Shown: positions 37,132 through 47,509 of the stretch, in pieces | How positions within the stretch are numbered: position 1 is the stretch's first letter | How the letters are laid out: each line of letters begins with the position of its first letter | Source of the DNA: Vallitalea sp. | GTDB lineage: Bacteria > Bacillota > Clostridia > Lachnospirales > Vallitaleaceae | NCBI RefSeq assembly: GCF_025211055.1 | Contig: NZ_JAOARO010000068.1 | Location: forward strand, 3,095 to 67,094 | Length of the DNA stretch: 64,000 nt | Direction of reading: 5' to 3' | Translations under genes and position numbers: made by a program | Notes under the pieces: model-generated | The model's input: only the letters and a program-made list of their open reading frames with translations | What the model was told of the DNA's origin: nothing | The model's database searches: none

Positions 37132-38487
37132 ATGGTACATCAATATAAAATGGGCGATATGAACATTGTTGTAGATGTTTATAGCGGTGGAATTCATGTA
37201 GTTGATGATATTGTTTATGATGTAATAGAAAGTTATGAAGAGTTATCTAGGGATGACTTAATAAGCAAACTTTCTTCAAAATACGATAAGAAAGTAATAA
37301 TTGAATCAATTAATGAAGTTAAAGAACTTATTGATAATGAATTACTTTTTACTGATGATACATACAAAGAAGCAATTATCAGCTTTAAAAAAAGAGAGCC
37401 CGTTGTAAAAGCTTTGTGTTTACATATAGCACATGATTGTAACTTATGTTGCAAGTATTGCTTTGCAGGTGAAGGTGAATATCATGGAGACCGTTCACTT
37501 ATGACTACTGCAATAGGTAAAAAATCCATTGATTTTCTATTAGAGAATTCAGGTAATAGAAGAAACCTTGAAGTAGATTTCTTCGGTGGAGAACCATTGA
37601 TGAATTTTGAAGTAGTAAAAGATATTGTAAAATACGCAAGATCTAAAGAAAAAGAATATAATAAGAATTTTAGATTTACAATAACTACTAATGGAATATT
37701 ACTTGATGATGATATCATGGAATTTGTTAATGAAAATATGTATAATGTAGTACTTAGCATAGATGGAAGAAAAGAAGTAAATGATAGAATGAGAGCATCT
37801 AAAAATGGCAAGGGTAGTTATGATATTATTATGCCTAAGTTCAAGAGAATGGCTGAAAGTAGAAATCAAGAGAATTATTATGTAAGAGGAACGTTCACTC
37901 ATTTTAATCTTGATTTCTCACAGGATGTATTACATCTAGCCGACCAGGGCTTCAAGCAGATATCTATAGAACCCGTTGTTGCACCCGCTGATATGCCATA
38001 TGCTCTTAAGGAAGAGGATATACCATATCTATGTGAACAATACGACATATTAGCAAAAGAAATGATTAAGAGAAGAGAACAAGGTAGAGATTTTAATTTC
38101 TTCCACTTCATGATTGACTTATCACAAGGACCATGTGTGATAAAGAGGCTTTCAGGTTGTGGTTCAGGAACTGAATATATTGCTGTTACACCATGGGGAG
38201 ATCTATACCCATGTCATCAATTTGTGGGAATAGATGAATTCAAGCTTGGAACCGTTGATGAAGGAATAACTAATCTAGAAAAACGGAAAGAATTCAAAGA
38301 ATGTTGTGTATATTCAAAAGAAAAATGTCAAAATTGTTGGGCAAAATTCTATTGTAGTGGTGGATGTACAGCTAATGCATATCAATTCCACGGTAATATA
38401 TATGATACATATGAAATAGGGTGTGAACTTGAGAAAAAACGAGTTGAATCTGCTATTTATATGAAAGCAAAAGAAATGATGGAATAA
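37132..38487 (+). CDS. scfB: SCIFF radical SAM maturase (thioether cross-link-forming, SPASM domain)
   Basis: CX3CX2C at AHDCNLCCKYCFA. C-terminal SPASM cysteines (CGSGTEYIAVTPWGDLYPCHQF, CQNCWAKFYCSGGC). ATG 37132 (MVHQYKMGD) follows AAAGGAAG; the ORF opens at 37054. Confidence 0.9.
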   Translation: MVHQYKMGDMNIVVDVYSGGIHVVDDIVYDVIESYEELSRDDLISKLSSKYDKKVIIESINEVKELIDNELLFTDDTYKEAIISFKKREPVVKALCLHIAHDCNLCCKYCFAGEGEYHGDRSLMTTAIGKKSIDFLLENSGNRRNLEVDFFGGEPLMNFEVVKDIVKYARSKEKEYNKNFRFTITTNGILLDDDIMEFVNENMYNVVLSIDGRKEVNDRMRASKNGKGSYDIIMPKFKRMAESRNQENYYVRGTFTHFNLDFSQDVLHLADQGFKQISIEPVVAPADMPYALKEEDIPYLCEQYDILAKEMIKRREQGRDFNFFHFMIDLSQGPCVIKRLSGCGSGTEYIAVTPWGDLYPCHQFVGIDEFKLGTVDEGITNLEKRKEFKECCVYSKEKCQNCWAKFYCSGGCTANAYQFHGNIYDTYEIGCELEKKRVESAIYMKAKEMME

Positions 38488-38505
38488 TACAATATATAAA
38501 TTATC

Positions 38506-38534
38506 TTGACTAATTTTAAGATAATATTTATAAT
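38506..38534 (+). promoter_or_regulatory. sigma-A-type promoter for secDF
   Basis: TTGACT (38506-38511), 17-nt spacer, TATAAT (38529-38534). Confidence 0.45.
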
Positions 38535-38700
38535 TTAACGTAGTATGTAAGTTATAATATATAGATATAAGTCTGATATTTATTTAAGTATAACTTACAA
38601 AATAATTAATATATATTGATATCTATAGAATATATTATAGATTCAATATAAAAATATTAGAAAATAAATATGATAATGTACAAAGGAGGATATTGTTGCA

Positions 38701-40854
38701 ATGAAGGGGAAAAAAATTATTACCCTATTGCTTTTAGTTGTTATAATCGCATGTTCTGTATTTGTAGCAGTTAAAGGAGTAGGAAAAGATGAAATTGGTG
38801 GAGCAAACAATGTAAAATTAGGTCTTGACTTAGCTGGTGGTGTTAGTATAACATACACTACTGTCAAAGAAAAACCAACTGACAAAGAGCTAGATGATAC
38901 AGTTTTTAAAATTAGAAAAAGAATAGACGGAATGGGTTATACGGAAGGACAAGTTTATAGAGAAGGTTCTGACCGTGTTAATGTTGATATTCCTAATGCA
39001 ACAAATGCAGAAGAAGTATTAGAAGAACTTGGTAAACCAGGTAAACTAGAATTTTTAGATCCAGAAGGAAATATAGTATTAACAGGACAAGACGTAAAGA
39101 ATGCTACTGCAAAAATGATAGCTGGAGAAGTTGATCCATATATTATATCCCTTGAACTTAATGAAAGTGGAAAAGACAAATTTTATGAAGCTACCAAAAA
39201 ATTTGTAGGTAAGAGAATAGCCATTGCTTATAATGGTGAAAACATAATGGAGCCTATTGTAAATGAACCAATCAAAGATGGTAACGCTTCTATCAGTAAT
39301 ATGGGAAGTATGGAAAGAGCAGAAGCAATGGCATCTAATATTCGTATCGGTGCGCTACCTCTAGAACTTGAAGAATTAAGATCAAATGTAGTAGGAGCGA
39401 CACTTGGTGAAGAAGCAGTTAAGACAAGTATAAAAGCTGGTATTATTGGTCTTGCTTTGATATTATTATTTATGATAGTATTTTATAGAATACCTGGACT
39501 TGCTGCTGATATAGCATTAGTATTCTATTCTTCATTAGTAATTATCATATTAAGCGTATTCGAGATTACATTAACATTGCCTGGTATTGCAGGTATTATC
39601 TTATCAATTGGTATGGCTGTTGATGCCAACATAATTATATTCTCAAGGATAAAGGAAGAATTAGCACTTGAGAAAACACTTAGAGCTTCACTGAAAGCTG
39701 GATTTAAAAAAGCTACATCAGCTATTTTGGATGGTAATATTACAACATTGATAGCATCAGCTATCTTATATCTAATGGGAACAGGACCAATCAAAGGTTT
39801 TGCTCAGACTCTTGCAATTGGTATTATTGTTTCTATGTTTACAGCTTTAGTAATTACTAGACTTATACTCGGAGCATTTGCTGGATTAGGAATTAAGAAT
39901 AAAAAATTATATGGTATTGCTCAAAAAACAAGAACTATAAAAGTTGTTGCTAAGAGAAAAATTTGGTTTAGTATCTCAATTGTTATTATAGTTATAGGAA
40001 TCCTTGCAATGCCAATATATAACGCTTCAAAAGGTACTCCCCTTAACTATGATATAGAATTTAGTGGTGGTTCTACAACTCTTGTTAACATAGGAAAAAC
40101 AATGAGTAAAGCTGAAATGGATAGTGAGTTGACACCGATAGTTGTTGAAGCAACTAATGATAAGAGTCCTCAATTCCAAGCAGTTACAGATAAGAAACAA
40201 GTTATTATCAAAACTAATAAATTAGATAATGAAACAAGAACTAAATTACAAGAAAAATTGATTGAAAAATATGGTATAACTTCTGAAGATATTGAAAGCG
40301 AAAGTATCAGTCCAACAATAAGTAATGAGATGCGTAAGAGTGCTATGCTATCTATAATATTAGCAGCTATCTGTATGTTAATATATATAACATTAAGATT
40401 CAAAGATTATAGATTCGGTGTTAGTGCGGTTGTTGCATTAATTCACGACGTATTAATTGTATTAGCAGTATATTCATTATTTAGAGTACCTATTAATAAT
40501 TCATTCATTGCTGCAATGCTAACAATTGTTGGATACTCAATCAATGATACAATAGTTTTATTTGACCGTGTTCGTGAGAATCAAAAATATATGAAACGTG
40601 GAGATTTCAAAGGTGTTGTTGATACATCAATAAGTCAAACAATGTCACGTTCAATTAATACATCCCTTACAACTTTTGTTATGGTTGCAATACTATATAT
40701 AATTGGTGTTACTTCAATTAGAGAGTTTGCTCTACCATTAATGGTTGGTATCCTTTCAGGAACATATTCTTCAATATTTGTTGCCAGTCCATTATGGTAT
40801 GTATTTAAAAGAAAAGAAGAAAAGAAAATTCAAAAAGCACATCAACAAAGATAA
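38701..40854 (+). CDS. secDF: fused protein-export membrane protein SecDF
   Basis: 717 aa. SecD-type periplasmic domain and 6 TM, followed by SecF-type region (second TM bundle, FDRVRENQ motif). SD AAAGGAGG. Confidence 0.9.
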   Translation: MKGKKIITLLLLVVIIACSVFVAVKGVGKDEIGGANNVKLGLDLAGGVSITYTTVKEKPTDKELDDTVFKIRKRIDGMGYTEGQVYREGSDRVNVDIPNATNAEEVLEELGKPGKLEFLDPEGNIVLTGQDVKNATAKMIAGEVDPYIISLELNESGKDKFYEATKKFVGKRIAIAYNGENIMEPIVNEPIKDGNASISNMGSMERAEAMASNIRIGALPLELEELRSNVVGATLGEEAVKTSIKAGIIGLALILLFMIVFYRIPGLAADIALVFYSSLVIIILSVFEITLTLPGIAGIILSIGMAVDANIIIFSRIKEELALEKTLRASLKAGFKKATSAILDGNITTLIASAILYLMGTGPIKGFAQTLAIGIIVSMFTALVITRLILGAFAGLGIKNKKLYGIAQKTRTIKVVAKRKIWFSISIVIIVIGILAMPIYNASKGTPLNYDIEFSGGSTTLVNIGKTMSKAEMDSELTPIVVEATNDKSPQFQAVTDKKQVIIKTNKLDNETRTKLQEKLIEKYGITSEDIESESISPTISNEMRKSAMLSIILAAICMLIYITLRFKDYRFGVSAVVALIHDVLIVLAVYSLFRVPINNSFIAAMLTIVGYSINDTIVLFDRVRENQKYMKRGDFKGVVDTSISQTMSRSINTSLTTFVMVAILYIIGVTSIREFALPLMVGILSGTYSSIFVASPLWYVFKRKEEKKIQKAHQQR

Positions 40855-40866
40855 TTAAACTTACAT

Positions 40867-40899
40867 CCCTCTAGCAAATCTTTGCTAGGGGGATTTTTT
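40867..40899 (+). terminator. rho-independent terminator after secDF
   Basis: CCCTCTAGCAA / TTGCTAGGGGG stem followed by T6 (40894-40899). Confidence 0.65.
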
Positions 40900-40912
40900 G
40901 GAGGTTGTTTAT

Positions 40913-42988
40913 TTGGAACCAAAATACATCTGGAACTTAAAACAAAAAAATGAAAAGATTGTAGACCAATTATCTGAAAAATACAAGATGTCTACTATAA
41001 TGGCAACTATATTAGCTAATCGTAATATAGTAATCGAAAAAGATATTGTCAGATTTCTTAATGCAGATAAAGACAAATTCTATGATCCATACTTAATGAA
41101 AGATATGGACAAGGCTGTAGAACGTATCATTACAGCAATAGATAATAATGAGAAAATAACTATATATGGAGATTATGATGTGGATGGAATCACAAGTACA
41201 TCAGTTCTATATATGTATTTAAAAGAAAATGGTACTCAGGTTGATTACTATATACCCAATAGATTAGAAGAAGGATATGGGGTTAATGATGATGCTGTAA
41301 AAAACATATATCAAGGTGGTTCGAAGTTAATTATTACTGTTGATACAGGTATTACAGCTATATCACAAGTAGATTTAGCTAATTCATTAGGCTTGGATAT
41401 GGTAATAACAGACCACCATGAATGTCAAGAAAGAATACCTAATGCTGTAGCTGTGATTGATCCCAAGCAAAAAGACTGCCAATATCCTTTTGATATGTTA
41501 GCAGGTGTAGGTGTAGCATTTAAAGTAATTCATGCATTATCAATAAAATTAGGTAATATAGATTCTATATGGAAGTATTTAGATATTGTCGCTGTTGGTA
41601 CAGTGGCTGATATAGTACCTTTAAAAGATGAAAATAGGATTATTACCAAGTTAGCTTTTAAAACTATGAAAGATACTTGGAATGTGGGGTTAAAAGCACT
41701 AATAAAAGTATCAGGAAATAAAAAAGATGATAAAATAACGGCTGGTATAATTGGATTCCGTATCGCTCCTAGATTAAATGCAGCAGGTAGACTTGGAGAT
41801 GCCAAGAGAGGAGTAGAATTATTTATCACAGAAGATAAAATTAAAGCGGCTAATATTGCTGAAAAACTCAATGAAGAAAATATTCAGCGACAACAATTGG
41901 AGCAAGAGATATTCGAGGAAGCTGTACATATAATTGAAGAAAATATTGATATAGATAATACTAAAATCATAGTAATAGCATCAAGTAATTGGCATCATGG
42001 AGTAATTGGTATTGTAGCTTCTAGAATTACTGAGAAGTATTATAGACCAAGTATACTATTAAGTATTGAAGATGGGGTAGCTACTGGATCAGCTAGAAGT
42101 GTAGATGGGTTTAACATATTTGAAGCTTTATGCTCTACTAAAGAGGTGTTTATAAAGTTTGGAGGACATGAGATGGCAGCTGGTATGTCATTAAAAGAAG
42201 AGAATATAGATAACCTTAGAGAACTTCTCAATGAATATGCTAAGAATACTATGGAACCTGATACACTAATACCAAAATTAACTGCTGATATGGAAATAGA
42301 TATAAAAGATATCAACATACCTCTTATTGAAGAAATAATAAAGTTAGAGCCTTATGGTGTAGGAAATCCTGAACCGAAATTCATATGTAAAGGGAAAGTG
42401 AATGATGTTAGAAAAATAGGTAAAGAGAGTAACCATCTTAAAATGAGAGTAGATTATAATAAAAATTACTTAGATGGAATAGGATTTGGAATGGCACATT
42501 TCTATGATTATATTAATGTGACTCATGATATATCATTGTTAGGAACATTGAATATAAATGAATGGAACGGTACAAAGAAACCTCAAATCATGTTGAAGGA
42601 TATTAATCCTAATAATGAATTTATAGTATCAATAAAAAGATATTATGATAAATTTAAGAACTTTAAAAATTCGAATTTTGATGGGAATACAAAAGGATAT
42701 CTTCAAGATGAACAAGTAATTCCAACTAGAAAAGAGTTTGAAGTTATATATAGAACTCTCCTGAATCTAGAAAAACAGATGAAAGAAACTGTTATAGTAA
42801 CTAAATTATTACAGATGCTAGGTTTTACTAAACCTAATAAAATATTGACTTTATTAATTTGTCTAGAAGTATTTTGCGAACTTAGATTATTAGAATATAG
42901 AGTAGATAACATGAAATTGATTTTTAAATTGAATAAAGGTATCAAAGTAAAGTTAGATGAATCGAGTATATACAAAAAAATAATTTGA
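40913..42988 (+). CDS. recJ: single-stranded-DNA-specific exonuclease RecJ
   Basis: DHH motifs (YGDYDVDGITS, TVDTGI, ITDHHE) and DHHA1 (GGHEMAAG). The track start TTG 40898 lies inside the terminator T-run; TTG 40913 is 8 nt after GGAGG. Confidence 0.9.
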   Translation: MEPKYIWNLKQKNEKIVDQLSEKYKMSTIMATILANRNIVIEKDIVRFLNADKDKFYDPYLMKDMDKAVERIITAIDNNEKITIYGDYDVDGITSTSVLYMYLKENGTQVDYYIPNRLEEGYGVNDDAVKNIYQGGSKLIITVDTGITAISQVDLANSLGLDMVITDHHECQERIPNAVAVIDPKQKDCQYPFDMLAGVGVAFKVIHALSIKLGNIDSIWKYLDIVAVGTVADIVPLKDENRIITKLAFKTMKDTWNVGLKALIKVSGNKKDDKITAGIIGFRIAPRLNAAGRLGDAKRGVELFITEDKIKAANIAEKLNEENIQRQQLEQEIFEEAVHIIEENIDIDNTKIIVIASSNWHHGVIGIVASRITEKYYRPSILLSIEDGVATGSARSVDGFNIFEALCSTKEVFIKFGGHEMAAGMSLKEENIDNLRELLNEYAKNTMEPDTLIPKLTADMEIDIKDINIPLIEEIIKLEPYGVGNPEPKFICKGKVNDVRKIGKESNHLKMRVDYNKNYLDGIGFGMAHFYDYINVTHDISLLGTLNINEWNGTKKPQIMLKDINPNNEFIVSIKRYYDKFKNFKNSNFDGNTKGYLQDEQVIPTRKEFEVIYRTLLNLEKQMKETVIVTKLLQMLGFTKPNKILTLLICLEVFCELRLLEYRVDNMKLIFKLNKGIKVKLDESSIYKKII

Positions 42989-43236
42989 TTGAAAAAATAA
43001 ATAATATTTCCTTAAGAAAAATTTGAAAAAGCTTTGCTAGAAGTTATTAAATTTGGTATACTTATATTGTATGTTTAATTATGTTTGAAAAGCGATAAGT
43101 AAACATATAAATTTGATAAATAAATATCCTTTTAAGGCACTACTATTTTTAAAAAGTAATTAATGATATACATTATTTTATATTATGATAGTCTAATTAA
43201 TTCCTTATAGGGTATTACGAAAAGGAGTAAGGAAGT

Positions 43237-43749
43237 ATGGATCTTAAAACTCTTATAAGAGAAGTACCTGATTTTCCAAAAGAAGGTATTTTATTTTATG
43301 ACATTACTACAATTTTACAAAATCCAGAAGGATTAAAGGCTTCTATCGATCAGATACAAGCTAAATTGGAAGGTATTGAATTCGATTACATAATTGGACC
43401 AGAATCAAGAGGCTTTATTTTTGGTGTACCAGTAGCTTATAATATGGGTAAAGGATTTTTACCTATTAGAAAAGCTGGTAAATTACCATATAAAACGAAA
43501 AGTAAAGAATATGCTTTAGAATATGGTACTGCAACTATTGAAATGCATATTGATGCTATTAAACCAGGCGATAAAGTTGTAATCATAGATGATTTATTAG
43601 CGACAGGTGGAACATCAAAAGCTACCGTAGAATTAATTGAAAGTTTAGGAGGAGAAGTTGTAAAGTTAGTATACTTAATCGAGCTTGACTTCCTAAAAGG
43701 TAGAGACAAATTAAAGAATTATGATGTAGATTCTATTATACATGAATAA
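43237..43749 (+). CDS. apt: adenine phosphoribosyltransferase
   Basis: PRPP-binding motif VVIIDDLLATGGT. IRExPDFPKEGIxFxDIT N-terminus. Confidence 0.93.
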   Translation: MDLKTLIREVPDFPKEGILFYDITTILQNPEGLKASIDQIQAKLEGIEFDYIIGPESRGFIFGVPVAYNMGKGFLPIRKAGKLPYKTKSKEYALEYGTATIEMHIDAIKPGDKVVIIDDLLATGGTSKATVELIESLGGEVVKLVYLIELDFLKGRDKLKNYDVDSIIHE

Positions 43750-43750
43750 A

Positions 43751-43796
43751 AATAAGACCTTTACTCTGAATAAGTTAAAGTAAAGGTCTTATTTTT
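43751..43796 (+). terminator. rho-independent terminator after apt
   Basis: 14-bp stem AATAAGACCTTTAC / GTAAAGGTCTTATT followed by a T-run. Confidence 0.75.
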
Positions 43797-44085
43797 ATTA
43801 TTATTCATCTTATAGGAAAGTCATTAGCATATGTGGTATAGATAACTTCTTGGAAGACAAGACGTATGTCTTTTCATCTATAGAACATTTATTCAGTAAT
43901 AACGTATAATACATATTAAATAATAATATATATGATTATGCTTAATAGTTTATAGTTTAGAGTGCAATAATTCTTGCATTTTGTAAGAAAAAAAACTATA
44001 ATATATAGATATATTAGATTCATCAATAATTCAGTTTAAAAAACTAGAAATACTAAATAAAAATGTAAATAGAAGCGGTGATGAA

Positions 44086-46296
44086 ATGCCTGATAAAATT
44101 TATATGGATTTATTACAAGTAATAAGAAAATACCACCCATCCGAAGATTTTTCGATGATTGAAAAAGCGTATCAACTTGCTAAGACAGCTCATGAAAGAC
44201 AGCTTAGAAAATCAGGGGAGCCTTATATAATACATCCTTTGGCTGTTGCTCATTTGTTAGCTGAACTAGAGCTTGATAAAGAATCGATAATGGCGGGTAT
44301 ACTTCATGATGTTGTAGAAGATACAGAATATACAATAGAATATATTACAAATGAATTCAGTAAGGAAGTTGCTCTATTGGTTGATGGAGTAACTAAACTA
44401 GAAAAAATCCCTTATTCTACAGATAAAGAAGAAATACAAGCAGAAAATTATAGAAAAATGTTTTTAGCTATGTCAAAGGATATACGTGTAATTCTTATTA
44501 AGTTGGCAGATAGACTTCATAATATGCGTACTCTAAGATATAAGTCAGAAGAAAAGCAAAAAAAGATTGCTAAGGAAACATTAGATATTTATGCTCCTTT
44601 AGCCCATAGATTAGGTATTTCAAAATTTAAAATTGAATTAGAAGACCTATCTTTTAGATATATTAATCCCGAAGCTTATTATGACCTAGTTGAAAAAATA
44701 GCTAGAAAAAGAGATGATAGAATAAGCTTTGTTGATAAAATTGTTGTAGATATAAAAGGTGAAATAGATAGAATTGGAATAAAAGCAGAAGTAGACGGTC
44801 GACCAAAACACTTCTTTAGTATTTATAAAAAAATGGTTGGACAGAATAAGACTATTGATCAAATATATGATCTTTTTGCAGTAAGAGCTGTTGTAGAATC
44901 AGTAAAAGATTGTTATGGAGTCTTAGGTGTAATCCATGAAATGTATAAACCAATACCAGGAAGGTTTAAGGACTATATTGCTATGCCTAAGCCAAACATG
45001 TATCAATCGTTACATACAACGGTTATTGGTCCAGAAGGAGAACCTTTTGAAATGCAGATTAGAACATATGAAATGCATAGAACGGCTGAATATGGTATAG
45101 CTGCTCACTGGAAATATAAAGAAGGTAAGACAACACAGTCAATGGAGCAGAGCGAAGAACAAAAATTAAATTGGTTAAGACAGATTCTAGAATGGCAGAG
45201 AGATATGTCTGATAATAAAGAATTCCTAGATGTTCTCAAATCCGATTTAGATGTTTTTGCCGATCAGGTATATGCATTTACGCCTTCAGGTGATGTAATA
45301 GATCTACCAGCTGGTTCAACACCTATTGACTTTGCTTATCATATCCATAGTGCTGTAGGGAATAAAATGGTTGGTGCCAGAGTCAATGGTAAAATAGTTA
45401 CATTTGATTATAAAATCAAAAATGGAGATAGAATTGAGATAATTACTTCACAGAATTCTCATGGTCCAAGTAGAGATTGGTTAAACATCATAAAAAGCTC
45501 ACAAGCTAAAAGTAAAATCAACCAGTGGTTCAGGAAAGAATTTAAGGAAGACAATATTATCAGAGGTAAAGAATTAATAGAAAAATATTCAAAAGGCAAG
45601 GGGATACCCCTTAGTGATATAATTAAGCCAGAATTTACTCAAGCTGTTAAGAGGAAATATGGTTTCAAGGATTGGGATGCTGTATGTGCTGCTATAGGTC
45701 ATGGAGGCTTAAAAGAAGGACAGATAGTAAATAGGCTTTATGAAGAATATAAGAAGAAGATTAAGACAATAGGTAAGAGTAATGAAGTAGTTGAAGAAGT
45801 ATTTGATATAAACACTTCAACAGCAAGACAGTCCAAAAGTGGTATTGTTGTAAAAGGTGTAGAAGATTTGGCTGTTAGATTTAGTAAATGCTGTAATCCA
45901 GTGCCTGGGGATGAAATAATAGGATTTATTACTAGAGGCAGGGGTGTATCGATACATCGAACGGATTGTAGTAACATCATTAATCTATCAGAATTGGAAA
46001 GACATAGATTGATTGAAGCTGAATGGCAAAATCTGGATGAAAAAGAATCTAGTCGTCTATATCAGGTTGAAATTCAGATAATAAGTTCAAATAGAGTAGG
46101 GTTATTATATGATGTATCAAAAGTATTAACTGAAGAAAGAATCCCTGTAAAATCATTAAATGCTCGTTCTAATAAGGGTGATAAATCTATCTTTAATGTA
46201 ACTATGGATATCAATGGCGTTAATCAACTGAATAAACTTACTAAAAAGTTGAGAAATATTGAAGGTGTTGAAGAAATAATAAGAACCAATAGCTAG
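44086..46296 (+). CDS. relA: bifunctional (p)ppGpp synthetase/hydrolase Rel (RelA/SpoT homologue)
   Basis: HD hydrolase domain (HPLAVA...HDVVEDT), synthetase domain (RPKHFFSIYKKM...YQSLHTTV), and TGS and ACT C-terminal domains. Confidence 0.93.
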   Translation: MPDKIYMDLLQVIRKYHPSEDFSMIEKAYQLAKTAHERQLRKSGEPYIIHPLAVAHLLAELELDKESIMAGILHDVVEDTEYTIEYITNEFSKEVALLVDGVTKLEKIPYSTDKEEIQAENYRKMFLAMSKDIRVILIKLADRLHNMRTLRYKSEEKQKKIAKETLDIYAPLAHRLGISKFKIELEDLSFRYINPEAYYDLVEKIARKRDDRISFVDKIVVDIKGEIDRIGIKAEVDGRPKHFFSIYKKMVGQNKTIDQIYDLFAVRAVVESVKDCYGVLGVIHEMYKPIPGRFKDYIAMPKPNMYQSLHTTVIGPEGEPFEMQIRTYEMHRTAEYGIAAHWKYKEGKTTQSMEQSEEQKLNWLRQILEWQRDMSDNKEFLDVLKSDLDVFADQVYAFTPSGDVIDLPAGSTPIDFAYHIHSAVGNKMVGARVNGKIVTFDYKIKNGDRIEIITSQNSHGPSRDWLNIIKSSQAKSKINQWFRKEFKEDNIIRGKELIEKYSKGKGIPLSDIIKPEFTQAVKRKYGFKDWDAVCAAIGHGGLKEGQIVNRLYEEYKKKIKTIGKSNEVVEEVFDINTSTARQSKSGIVVKGVEDLAVRFSKCCNPVPGDEIIGFITRGRGVSIHRTDCSNIINLSELERHRLIEAEWQNLDEKESSRLYQVEIQIISSNRVGLLYDVSKVLTEERIPVKSLNARSNKGDKSIFNVTMDINGVNQLNKLTKKLRNIEGVEEIIRTNS

Positions 46297-46313
46297 AAAG
46301 GATAAGTAGTATT

Positions 46314-46763
46314 ATGAGAGTTGTAATACAGAGAGTTAAACATGTATCTGTAAAAGTTGAAGGCGAATTGATTGGTGAAATAGGTAAAGGAATATTAGTG
46401 TTAGTAGGTTTTTTGGATAACGATAATATAAAAGTATATGATTATATGCTTGATAAAATAATTAACCTAAGAATATTTGAGGATGAAGATGATAGAATGA
46501 ATCTGTCAGTCAAAGATATTGAAGGTGAGATAATTATTGTTCCTAATTTTACTTTATATGGTGATTGTAGAAAAGGACGTAGACCTAGTTATTCATCAGC
46601 TGCTAAGCCGGATAAAGCTAGAATAATTTTTGATGAATTCATTAAGAGAGCTAATGAAAAATATGATGGTTTAAAGCAAGGTATGTTCCAAGCTGATATG
46701 AAGGTAGAGCTATTAAACGATGGACCTGTAACTTTACTTTTAGATAGTGAGAAAATGTTTTAG
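46314..46763 (+). CDS. dtd: D-aminoacyl-tRNA deacylase
   Basis: MRVVIQRV N-terminus, SQFTLYGD-like NFTLYGD, NDGPVT motif. Conserved relA-dtd pairing. Confidence 0.92.
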   Translation: MRVVIQRVKHVSVKVEGELIGEIGKGILVLVGFLDNDNIKVYDYMLDKIINLRIFEDEDDRMNLSVKDIEGEIIIVPNFTLYGDCRKGRRPSYSSAAKPDKARIIFDEFIKRANEKYDGLKQGMFQADMKVELLNDGPVTLLLDSEKMF

Positions 46764-46837
46764 CATAGTGTTAATCAAATTGATAGTAGTGGGATGTTAT
46801 TGCTGGTAGCTATCTATTTGTAAGAGGAGGAGTTATT

Positions 46838-47464
46838 ATGAAAGTTAAAACAATGATGTTAGGTATTTTGCAGACAAATGTTTACATTGTTTATGATGAA
46901 GAAAGTAAAGAAGCAGTAGTTATTGACCCGGCTGGAGAAGAAGATAGAATCATTAGATTTATTGAAGAGACGAATTTAAGATTAATGGGAATTCTTGTTA
47001 CACATGGACACTTTGATCATATTGGAGTAGTGGATGCTATTAGGAATAATTATGGAGTACCTGTATTTACTAGTAGAGAAGAAGGGAAGCTTATGGCGGA
47101 TCCTAATCAAAATTTATCTCTGAATCTTATGAGAAAAGTTGTTGTAGTAGAAAATGATGAAGTTGTTGGAGATAAAGATATTCTTGAATTTGGTGAATTA
47201 GTGTTTGAGTGTATTGTTGTTCCAGGTCATTCGCCAGAAAGTGTGTGTTATTATAATAGAGAGAATGATATATTGTTTTGTGGGGATACATTGTTTGCTG
47301 GCTCTATAGGTAGAACTGATTTTTATGATGGACCCCAAAATACATTGATTAATAATATAAAGGATAGACTTATGAGTTTACCAGAAGAGACAAAAGTTTA
47401 TCCAGGGCATGGTTTTCAAACAACTATTGGTTATGAGAAAAAAACCAATATATACATGTGTTAA
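46838..47464 (+). CDS. MBL-fold metallo-hydrolase (glyoxalase II-like)
   Basis: THGHFDH motif, PGHSPES, downstream GDTLF and PGHG metal ligands. Confidence 0.85.
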   Translation: MKVKTMMLGILQTNVYIVYDEESKEAVVIDPAGEEDRIIRFIEETNLRLMGILVTHGHFDHIGVVDAIRNNYGVPVFTSREEGKLMADPNQNLSLNLMRKVVVVENDEVVGDKDILEFGELVFECIVVPGHSPESVCYYNRENDILFCGDTLFAGSIGRTDFYDGPQNTLINNIKDRLMSLPEETKVYPGHGFQTTIGYEKKTNIYMC

Positions 47465-47509
47465 GATTAATTATGTTAAAAAGAGTTTAATATATAGGAG
47501 TAAGATTTA

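Noticed and set aside
37482-37811. 109-aa ORF antisense to scfB. Similar long antisense ORFs occur at 41530-41871 (in recJ), 21549-21902 (in spoVB), 27231-27593 (in znuB) and 32167-32454.
   Set aside because: All lie entirely inside strongly supported genes on the other strand. They lack SD sequences and have low-complexity Ser/Leu/Ile/Phe-rich translations, as expected from the reverse complement of AT-rich, purine-rich coding strands.
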